In this document: positions 1-6,114 of the stretch, piece by piece
How positions within the stretch are numbered: the stretch's first letter is position 1
How the letters are laid out: each line of letters opens with the position of its first letter
IMG/VR virus record: IMGVR_UViG_3300045970_001057
Length of the DNA stretch: 12,802 nt
Source: a virus
Reading direction: 5' to 3' (one strand)
Notes under the pieces: model-generated
Databases searched by the model: none
What the model saw: only the letters and a program-made list of their open reading frames with translations
What the model was told of the DNA's origin: nothing
Made by a program: the position numbers and the translations under genes

Positions 1-57
1 TTCGTCCCAGTAACTAACATCTTCTATTTTGTATGCACTATTATTATGAAATCTCAT
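1..57 (-). CDS. Possible N-terminus of the next minus-strand gene (MRFHNNSAYKIEDVSYWDE...), running off the window edge
   Basis: ATG is the reverse complement of 55-57. It is preceded in frame by a stop. The frame stays open to position 1, which is 19 codons. It lies 70 nt downstream of the 128..616 gene on the same strand. Confidence 0.2.
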   Translation of the reverse strand, partial: MRFHNNSAYKIEDVSYWDE

Positions 58-127
58 AGCAGTTTTTTTTATTCTAGAATGATTGTAATAATCTTTCTTA
101 CAAATAACTATATCACCGATATTAAAT

Positions 128-616
128 TCAATTTTGTGCAATTTCTGATATTTTTTTAAGTTTTTGCCTTCTTATTTCTTTAATGTTCTCTTCACTTTCA
201 AGCCATTCAACTTCAGATGTTTTTTTAAGTGATGAAAATTTAGTTCTCATAGTTCTTTTAACATGATCAAATTGAGAATTATCAAATCCAGATATTAACT
301 CTATTTCAGTTAATTCAATTTTAGACATACCATTAGTGTATCTATCTAATTCTTTGACATATAAAACACAGTTATATGGCTCACCTTTTAATCCTTTTTC
401 TTTATCTTCATGACTTAAAAGGTTTATTGAGTTTTCATAATAACCTCTTCTATTAGACAGATTTTTCAAATCTTCATAAGTTGATATTAAAGTTTTTGTT
501 TTTTGTAGGTTAGAATCTGTTTCTACATACTTTTTTTTCATCTTTAGATATAAAACAAGAAAGAGTATGCTTGTTGGTAAGCATACTCCTAAGGCTATTA
601 AAATCAAAATCGTCAT
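128..616 (-). CDS. Hypothetical membrane-anchored protein with an N-terminal hydrophobic helix (ILILIALGVCLPTSILFLVLYL) followed by a charged soluble domain
   Basis: 162-aa ORF with an ATG start and a TGA stop. It is the last gene of a co-oriented cluster with very short intergenic gaps. The N-terminal helix of about 22 residues is followed by KMKKK, a signal-anchor-like topology. Confidence 0.8.
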   Translation of the reverse strand: MTILILIALGVCLPTSILFLVLYLKMKKKYVETDSNLQKTKTLISTYEDLKNLSNRRGYYENSINLLSHEDKEKGLKGEPYNCVLYVKELDRYTNGMSKIELTEIELISGFDNSQFDHVKRTMRTKFSSLKKTSEVEWLESEENIKEIRRQKLKKISEIAQN

Positions 617-655
617 ATATTATATTTTTAATGGTTCATCTATTTATATGAAATT

Positions 656-976
656 TTATTCAAGTTGTTTAATTTTTTCAAGCTTTAACTTTCTAATTTC
701 TCTTTGATCATAGAAGAAATCATAAAAATTTGGATGGGTTGGATTTTCACATCCCCACCCATCCAAATTTTTATTCAAATGAAACCTAAGACCACCAGTT
801 TCATCATAAATGTAAATATATTTATATGTATATGGCACAGAATAATCTAAGCTTGTGTCTTCAGTTTCTAAAATAAATTTGCTATATTCAACACCTACTT
901 TAAAATCAACATAAATTTTTTGACCTCCTGATCTAATAGGCTTTTTACATATGACTTTTGTGATAGGTATGTTCAT
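656..976 (-). CDS. Hypothetical protein, Tyr-rich, 106 aa
   Basis: ORF whose ATG overlaps the TAA of the upstream gene by 1 nt (TAATG at 974-978 on the minus strand). This is typical translational coupling. Confidence 0.75.
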   Translation of the reverse strand: MNIPITKVICKKPIRSGGQKIYVDFKVGVEYSKFILETEDTSLDYSVPYTYKYIYIYDETGGLRFHLNKNLDGWGCENPTHPNFYDFFYDQREIRKLKLEKIKQLE

Positions 977-1773
977 TAATAAATATATTTTGTGATTTTG
1001 AAATCTTTTTTATCCACGTTAATTGTTTCTTCTTCATTATCATCAAATACAAATTCGAGATAGTATTTAATTGGTGTTTCTTTTTTGAATTTGATGCTTT
1101 TTACAACATTTCCATTATAATTGTTGAAATTGTATTTACATATACCTTTTAATAAGACCGTGTTATTCTCAAATAAAACAGATAGTTTCTCTGGTGTAAA
1201 ATTATCAATCAATTCTTTCTGTTGTTCAAATTTAATTTCGCTCTCCAATTTAGATATTTCATTTCTATTTCTTGGAGTTCTATCTTGATGCATTAAACGA
1301 ACTTTTCTATCTTCACTGATGAATTTTTTAATAGCTGTGCAGATTTCACCTTTATTAATCAAATCTTCTTTTAATAGTGGAAAAAGATTTTCAACTTCCT
1401 TATTTTTTGGTGTATATCCACCTTCATATACAGTTTCATCTTTTTCAATTTCTTTCATTTCCATTAAGTCCATAATGTATTCCATTGGATGACCACCAAA
1501 TCCAAATCCACGACGACCAAATTTTGATTTTACTCTCTTTTTTAATTTAAGAATATCATCTTGCATTGTATATTCATAAGTATTGGAATCATCTTTAATG
1601 TCAACACAATTTCCATCATGACTAGCATTCTTGAAGTTATCATCTAACCACTTTTTAAAATTGTCACGATTTTCTTTTAAGAAAAGATCAGATTCCTTAT
1701 TTTCTTCAATTAAAAAGTTAATTCTTTCTCTTTTCAATTGGCTTTCATTTTTACTTGAGTTTAAATTTTTCAT
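976..1773 (-). CDS. Hypothetical protein, 265 aa, with a Gly-rich segment (FGRRGFGFGGHP) and no recognisable domain
   Basis: Long ORF with an ATG start. It lies 23 nt downstream of the endonuclease gene on the same strand. Confidence 0.8.
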   Translation of the reverse strand: MKNLNSSKNESQLKRERINFLIEENKESDLFLKENRDNFKKWLDDNFKNASHDGNCVDIKDDSNTYEYTMQDDILKLKKRVKSKFGRRGFGFGGHPMEYIMDLMEMKEIEKDETVYEGGYTPKNKEVENLFPLLKEDLINKGEICTAIKKFISEDRKVRLMHQDRTPRNRNEISKLESEIKFEQQKELIDNFTPEKLSVLFENNTVLLKGICKYNFNNYNGNVVKSIKFKKETPIKYYLEFVFDDNEEETINVDKKDFKITKYIY

Positions 1774-1796
1774 TTTGTATTTTTTAGTAATTTATA

Positions 1797-2558
1797 TTAA
1801 AAAGGCATTTCAACATTAGCATCAAATCCAACACTTTCTTTCATTCTGGCTTCAGCCATTTTCATTATCAATTGTAAATCTGAAAGTGAAGCATTGTTCA
1901 TAAGAGCACAAATACTTTCAACAATAGTTTTCAATTTTTCTTGATAAGATTGGAATTTATGATCAAAAAGTCCACGAATATAAGAACTTTGATCATCAAT
2001 TTCGTTTTCTACATCAAGAATGCTTTCACTCATATCAATAGCACAATTTCCTTTCATCATGATAGAGTTGAAACCAGTCTTAAAAACTAGGATTTTGTTG
2101 TTCTGACGACAAAGATTTTTAGCAGTTTTAATTGATTCATAATCTTGCTTCATTTGTTCTGCAAAAGGCTCACCATCAAAGAATCTAACATCAACAATGA
2201 CCCTATTTTCATCAACACAAACAATTAGGATTTTGTTTGTTTTGTCCCAAATGTTTGATTCAAAGAAATTAGGCTCAGAATTCAAATAAGAACTAATATT
2301 TGTGTCACCACCAGTTCTCATTTGACCATTTTTTTTATTAAAATGTACTTTGATTTCTTTAACTTCAAATAGACCTTTGAAGTCCATACCACGTTCATTT
2401 TTAGGTAATTCTCTATCAAGCAATAGAGCAATTAGGTTTTCAACAAAACCTGAGGCTTTAACATCAAGTTTCTTTTCTCTAAAAATACGAAAAGCCACAT
2501 CAAGGTTGATTCCTTTAAGTGGCTGAAGTTTTTCAATGATTTCGTTTGCGACTTTCAT
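1797..2558 (-). CDS. MutH/Sau3AI-family (PD-(D/E)xK) type II restriction-like endonuclease
   Basis: The N-terminal region aligns by eye with MutH. KASGFVENLIALLLD resembles the KGWVGQLLE helix. GMDFKGLFEVKEIKV carries the D...E-x-K catalytic triad at D59, E65 and K67, matching MutH PDF..LGVELKTIPV. The conserved promoter element lies 22 nt upstream of the ATG. Confidence 0.6.
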   Translation of the reverse strand: MKVANEIIEKLQPLKGINLDVAFRIFREKKLDVKASGFVENLIALLLDRELPKNERGMDFKGLFEVKEIKVHFNKKNGQMRTGGDTNISSYLNSEPNFFESNIWDKTNKILIVCVDENRVIVDVRFFDGEPFAEQMKQDYESIKTAKNLCRQNNKILVFKTGFNSIMMKGNCAIDMSESILDVENEIDDQSSYIRGLFDHKFQSYQEKLKTIVESICALMNNASLSDLQLIMKMAEARMKESVGFDANVEMPF

Positions 2559-2577
2559 ATATCTCTTTGTTTTAGTA

Positions 2578-2610
2578 GTACAAAGATACGGATAATATTT
2601 GATATATTAT
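2578..2610 (-). promoter_or_regulatory. Promoter. The gene-strand core is GTATCTTTGTAC, containing a -7-type box TATCTTTG, plus a conserved upstream block (TATATCAAAtatTaTCCG)
   Basis: The 12-mer GTACAAAGATAC lies at 2578-2589 on the plus strand. The gene's ATG at 2558 is 22 nt downstream of the box. The element recurs with the same geometry at four other gene starts. Confidence 0.6.
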
Positions 2611-2788
2611 AATTTTTTACCACATTTTTGAAATTAATTCAAAGCAATATGGATGTTTTGGAAATGGTATGCTATATATCTTAGAGTATATAAAACAACT
2701 TCAATTATCCAAAGTGGACTAAAAAATAATACAATAAATATAATGATAGATGCAATTCTTCTTATAATAATTTCCAAATTTAGATTTT

Positions 2789-3250
2789 TCATTTGAATAT
2801 TTTATTAGGATCATAGATATTTTTCATCCTATCAGTATAAATTTTAACGATATCTCGTTTATCTTCATCTTTTGTTAAAATGCCAACAATATATGGAGTT
2901 AAAAAACTCATAGCAATTCTATCATTTATAAATTTAGAATAATATTTAGAAGCTTCATCAAACTCTTTATTTTCAATAAGTTCAAAAACCTTAATAACAT
3001 TTTTTCGCAATCTATATTCCTTAATTTTCTCTTTATAAAGCTTTAACTTATAAAGATTTCTATAACGCATAAGATCCATAATACCTGCTGACATAGCAAA
3101 TAATAAACCAAAAATGGCAAATATAGGATGGTTAAATTGCTCAATAACTGAAATTAAAATACATAACAAAAAATTTATAACACACGTCCAAGTTCCTATA
3201 TTCCAAATTTTTACAAGTAATTTAATACTTCTTTTTTCTGTTGCATTCAT
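2789..3250 (-). CDS. Hypothetical integral membrane protein with two predicted TM helices and a soluble C-terminal domain of about 90 aa
   Basis: 153-aa ORF with an ATG start. It lies 12 nt downstream of the 3263..3670 gene. The hydrophobic stretches are IGTWTCVINFLLCILISVI and IFAIFGLLFAMSAGIM. Confidence 0.75.
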   Translation of the reverse strand: MNATEKRSIKLLVKIWNIGTWTCVINFLLCILISVIEQFNHPIFAIFGLLFAMSAGIMDLMRYRNLYKLKLYKEKIKEYRLRKNVIKVFELIENKEFDEASKYYSKFINDRIAMSFLTPYIVGILTKDEDKRDIVKIYTDRMKNIYDPNKIFK

Positions 3251-3262
3251 AATTATTTGAAT

Positions 3263-3670
3263 TTATTTTGGTTCCTTATATGTCAAGCCACCAAACCTAT
3301 AATCGGTGGTTATTTTTAGTGCTGAACGTATAGATTCTGCTGTAAATTTGAAACCTTTACCATTTTCATCAACAGCATTTACTGGGAATTTTGGAGCTTT
3401 TGTATTAAGTTCGGTGATTGTGAAATTGACACCTCTGTTTGTGAAGGTTTTACCGATAATGTCTTCTGGCAAATTAAAAATTTGATAAATATAAGAGTCG
3501 TATTTTTTAACTGCATTTACAACTTCAACTTTCATCTTCATTGTGAAGTCATTTTCATTTAATGTTCCACCATTATTTTTAATGGTTACACCGTACTTTT
3601 TTGCGATGTTTTCTAATGCGATTTGTGATTCTTCTGCGATTTTCTTGGCTAAGTTTTTATCAAATGACAT
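3263..3670 (-). CDS. Hypothetical protein, 135 aa
   Basis: ORF with an ATG start. The conserved promoter element lies 28 nt upstream. Confidence 0.75.
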   Translation of the reverse strand: MSFDKNLAKKIAEESQIALENIAKKYGVTIKNNGGTLNENDFTMKMKVEVVNAVKKYDSYIYQIFNLPEDIIGKTFTNRGVNFTITELNTKAPKFPVNAVDENGKGFKFTAESIRSALKITTDYRFGGLTYKEPK

Positions 3671-3695
3671 AGTATATGTGTTTAATTGTTTAACA

Positions 3696-3726
3696 GTACA
3701 AAGATAAGGAAAAATTTTGATATACC
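3696..3726 (-). promoter_or_regulatory. Promoter. The gene-strand sequence is TTTG-N19-TATCTTTG-TAC, preceded by the conserved upstream block
   Basis: GTACAAAGATAA lies at 3696-3707 on the plus strand. A TTTG sits 19 nt upstream of the box on the gene strand, spaced as a Bacteroidetes -33 element would be. The ATG at 3670 is 28 nt downstream. Confidence 0.6.
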
Positions 3727-3729
3727 AAA

Positions 3730-4314
3730 TTATTTGAAGATTTTTTCTTCAACTAATTCACAAATAATATGACCAATCATAATATGTGATTCTTGAATTC
3801 TTGGTGTGTCACTAGATGGAACATTTATTACATAATCAGATAATTCTTTTAATTTACCTCCATTTTCTCCAGTAAAGGCAACTGTTCTCATACCTCTACC
3901 CTTTGCAGTTTCAAAGGCTTTAATGATATTTGTAGAATTACCAGAAGTAGATAGACCTATTAGTATATCATCTTCCATACCCATTGCTTGCACAAGACGA
4001 GAGTATATTACATCATAAGAGTAGTCATTGGCAACTGAAGTTACATAAGATGTATTTACATGTAATGCTTCTGCATATAGTGGTGGTCTATCAAAATAAA
4101 ATCTACCAGATAGTTCAGCAGCAAGATGTTGAGCATCTGCGGCACTACCACCGTTACCACAAAAAAGAACTTTACCATTATAAAAATAACAATTATTAAT
4201 TAAACTCACTACATTTTCAATAGTTTTAATCAATCTATCATCAGAATAGATTAATTGTTTAACATCTATTGAGTTTTGAATTACATTTTTAATCTTTTGT
4301 TGTATAATGTCCAT
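3730..4314 (-). CDS. gmhA: D-sedoheptulose-7-phosphate isomerase (phosphoheptose isomerase, SIS domain)
   Basis: 194 aa. It aligns over its full length with GmhA (E. coli GmhA is 192 aa). Shared motifs are GKVLFCGNGGSAADAQHLAAEL, GLSTSGNS, TGENGG and RIQESHIMIGHIICE. Confidence 0.85.
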   Translation of the reverse strand: MDIIQQKIKNVIQNSIDVKQLIYSDDRLIKTIENVVSLINNCYFYNGKVLFCGNGGSAADAQHLAAELSGRFYFDRPPLYAEALHVNTSYVTSVANDYSYDVIYSRLVQAMGMEDDILIGLSTSGNSTNIIKAFETAKGRGMRTVAFTGENGGKLKELSDYVINVPSSDTPRIQESHIMIGHIICELVEEKIFK

Positions 4315-4447
4315 AATCTATAAATACTTTTTCAGTAACTGGTTTAACTTGTTTTGATTGAATATCTTTCATATCTTCTTTCTTTTTTGGTATGTGCCAA
4401 TCTACAATATAGTGATGGTCTTTTTGTATTTTTTTTAATCTTTCCAT
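4289..4447 (-). CDS. Candidate small ORF, 52 aa (MERLKKIQKDHHYIVDWHIPKKKEDMKDIQSKQVKPVTEKVFIDYGHYTTKD)
   Basis: Its ATG is immediately adjacent to the TAA of the upstream gene (TAAATG). It fills an otherwise empty 133-nt gap and overlaps the gmhA start by 26 nt in another frame. It falls below the 60-aa cutoff of the ORF track. Confidence 0.3.
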   Translation of the reverse strand: MERLKKIQKDHHYIVDWHIPKKKEDMKDIQSKQVKPVTEKVFIDYGHYTTKD

Positions 4448-4753
4448 TTATAAATTATATTTTCTACGATCGTATTCTTCTTTTAATTCTTCGGCATATT
4501 TCCAAAAACTTTCTATCGGCACCCAATTTTCTTCTTCTTCTTTAAATTTTGTATATGTAGTTTCACCAACATGTCGTCTATCACCAGTTGACCAAATTCC
4601 TTTATCTTCAACATAATGTACAGAACCTTCGTTTATGAAGGTGACCCTATCTACCCAATGATATGATCTGTGAGCCGTTATGGTTTTATCAGCCTTTTTA
4701 TACCAATATCTACTACCAAATTCATTTAACCAATATGTTTTATCTTCTTCCAT
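4448..4753 (-). CDS. Hypothetical protein, 101 aa, Trp/Tyr-rich
   Basis: ORF with an ATG start. It lies 29 nt downstream of the 4783..5211 gene on the same strand. Confidence 0.75.
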   Translation of the reverse strand: MEEDKTYWLNEFGSRYWYKKADKTITAHRSYHWVDRVTFINEGSVHYVEDKGIWSTGDRRHVGETTYTKFKEEEENWVPIESFWKYAEELKEEYDRRKYNL

Positions 4754-4782
4754 ATCCTTTTTTCTTATATATCAGGTAAAAA

Positions 4783-5211
4783 TTATTTTGTTGACTTTTT
4801 TGTGTATTTCCTTTTTGGCTTTTCAACAACAGTTTCTGTTTTTTCTTTGTATATTTTAGCTGCTTTTTTTAATACTTTATTTGGTTTTGATGGAGTTGCT
4901 ATCGCATTAGCAAAAATAATTGCATCTTTTTCAGATACTAAAATTGTAGCATTTTTAGTTTTTGGTGCTGTAGCCTTTTTAGTTTTTGGTGTTGTAGTCT
5001 TTTCAACTTTAGGTTTTTTCTCAGCAACTTTATGGTACGGACGAAATTCTGTAATTCCTAATTCTTTAAGACATTCTGCACAATATATTGTGCTGTAATC
5101 ACGATCAGGTACATGTGCCACAAATAAATCTTTTGCATCAAAAAATTCAATACATCCTGAACAAACATGTTTTGTTGATTTTGTTTTTGCTACTTTTTTA
5201 GGATATGCCAT
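4783..5211 (-). CDS. Basic protein with an N-terminal CxxC...CxxC zinc ribbon and a Lys/Pro/Thr/Ala-rich histone H1-like tail. Putative nucleic-acid-binding protein
   Basis: HVCSGC and YCAEC are spaced about 27 residues apart. The C-terminal half contains KTTTPKTKKATAPKTKNAT-type repeats encoded by a 24-nt tandem repeat. The conserved promoter element lies 24 nt upstream. Confidence 0.7.
   Translation of the reverse strand: MAYPKKVAKTKSTKHVCSGCIEFFDAKDLFVAHVPDRDYSTIYCAECLKELGITEFRPYHKVAEKKPKVEKTTTPKTKKATAPKTKNATILVSEKDAIIFANAIATPSKPNKVLKKAAKIYKEKTETVVEKPKRKYTKKSTK
4946..5004. repeat. In-frame 24-nt tandem repeat, about 2.5 copies of GTAGCMTTTTTAGTTTTTGGTGYT, inside the basic-tail coding region
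   Basis: Copies lie at 4946-4969 and 4970-4993, with a partial copy at 4994-5004. They encode the PKTKKATA repeats of the minus-strand protein. Confidence 0.7.
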
Positions 5212-5232
5212 TTGTCTATATTTTTAATTAGA

Positions 5233-5244
5233 GTACAAAGATAC
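5233..5244 (-). promoter_or_regulatory. Promoter core GTATCTTTGTAC (gene strand) for the zinc-ribbon gene cluster
   Basis: GTACAAAGATAC lies at 5233-5244 on the plus strand. The ATG at 5211 is 24 nt downstream. The upstream block is less conserved than at the other copies. Confidence 0.55.
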
Positions 5245-5293
5245 TGCTTTTTATTCAAAAGAAAAAATTAATATATAATTAAAAAATAAAATT

Positions 5294-5827
5294 ATGGAAC
5301 TAATACCTAGCACTAAATTAAAGCCAGAAGACTTTGTTGGATTACTCTATCCTTTTGCAGAATCAACACAAAATGAAACTGGTATATCAGCAATAGCAAT
5401 TTTGGCACAAGCCGCACTAGAGAGTGGCTGGAATTCATCTTCACCAGGTTGGATGTTCTTTGGAGTTAAAGATACTGATGGAATTAATGGAAATGAACAA
5501 TTATTAACAACCACAGAATATAGTCGTAGAGCTGACTTAAAATTTCCTCAAATAATATCAGTAACACCAACAGTAAGAAATGGTCAAAAATATTTCAAAT
5601 ATGTTGTTAAAGACTATTTTAGAAAATATGAATCACCAGAAGAATGTTTTACTGATCATGCAAATTTTCTTATTAGAAATCCAAGATATTCTGCAGCATT
5701 AGAAGTTAAAGAAGATCCTATTGCATTTATAAATGCAATTGCAGTCGCAGGATATGCGACTGATCCAAATTACGCTAAAACACTTACATCTATTTGTAAT
5801 AGAATAAGTGGAATACTTAATTCATAA
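5294..5827 (+). CDS. Peptidoglycan hydrolase of the GH73 glucosaminidase family (mannosyl-glycoprotein endo-beta-N-acetylglucosaminidase domain). Candidate endolysin
   Basis: AQAALESGW matches the catalytic-Glu region of the FlgJ/AcmA type. GYATDPNYAKTL matches the C-terminal hallmark. The protein is 177 aa, consists of the single domain and has no signal peptide. Confidence 0.8.
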   Translation: MELIPSTKLKPEDFVGLLYPFAESTQNETGISAIAILAQAALESGWNSSSPGWMFFGVKDTDGINGNEQLLTTTEYSRRADLKFPQIISVTPTVRNGQKYFKYVVKDYFRKYESPEECFTDHANFLIRNPRYSAALEVKEDPIAFINAIAVAGYATDPNYAKTLTSICNRISGILNS

Positions 5828-5852
5828 AAAAAGTGGCAATTGCCACTTTTTT
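5827..5852. terminator. Bidirectional intrinsic terminator. It is a perfect 26-nt palindrome AAAAAAGTGGCAATTGCCACTTTTTT
   Basis: A GC-containing stem (GTGGC/GCCAC) is flanked by an A-run and a T-run. It sits in the 28-nt gap between the convergent genes ending at 5827 (+) and 5856 (-). Confidence 0.75.
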
Positions 5853-5855
5853 TAT

Positions 5856-6104
5856 CTACCGTGGATTTTCCTCCAGATAATTTTCAGGATAATTTTTACA
5901 ATCATAAGGATCAACACCAAGTATTTCTAATGTTTCATCTAATGAGTTTTTATCATGGCACAAATCTAATCTTTGATAGCCAGGTATTCCAAGTATAACA
6001 TAACCTTGGCATAGTTCATAACCAACATAATTCTTACCATCAACATGAGTGTATGGTCTTTTATTTACAAAAAAACCTGTGTTTAAATTAAAAATTTTAT
6101 TCAT
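5856..6104 (-). CDS. Hypothetical small Cys/Tyr-containing protein, 82 aa from the ATG at 6104. The ORF track extends it to a GTG at 6164
   Basis: An ATG at 6102-6104 leaves a 10-nt gap after the upstream gene's stop. The longer 102-aa version would need a GTG start and a 50-nt overlap with the upstream gene. Confidence 0.6.
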   Translation of the reverse strand: MNKIFNLNTGFFVNKRPYTHVDGKNYVGYELCQGYVILGIPGYQRLDLCHDKNSLDETLEILGVDPYDCKNYPENYLEENPR

Positions 6105-6114
6105 ATATTTATTG

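Noticed and set aside
1631-1819. Plus-strand 62-aa ORF antisense to the 3' end of gene 976..1773
   Set aside because: It lies entirely within a well-supported minus-strand gene and has a low-complexity F/L/S-rich translation, typical of antisense reading of AT-rich coding DNA. It has no promoter or coupling signal.
2641-2788. Small plus-strand ORFs and a TATATA...TATATA weak palindrome in the 230-nt gap upstream of the endonuclease operon
   Set aside because: The ORFs are 17 codons or shorter. The palindrome is A/T-only with no GC stem or U-tract, so it is not a convincing terminator. The region is better explained as a promoter and 3' UTR spacer.
3984-4199. Plus-strand 71-aa ORF inside gmhA
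   Set aside because: It is antisense to a gene with unambiguous full-length homology. Its product is H/Y/Q-rich low complexity.
4354-4545. Plus-strand 63-aa ORF spanning the 4315-4447 gap and the end of gene 4448..4753
   Set aside because: Its translation is hydrophobic and low-complexity (FLIFPFINYIF...) and it is antisense to the minus-strand operon. The minus-strand coupled ORF 4289..4447 explains the gap better.
4802-5098. Plus-strand 98-aa ORF antisense to the zinc-ribbon/H1-like gene
   Set aside because: It is the mirror reading of the Lys-rich repeat region, which gives F/V/A repeats (AFLVFGAVAFLVFG). It has no start context and lies wholly inside a promoter-driven minus gene.
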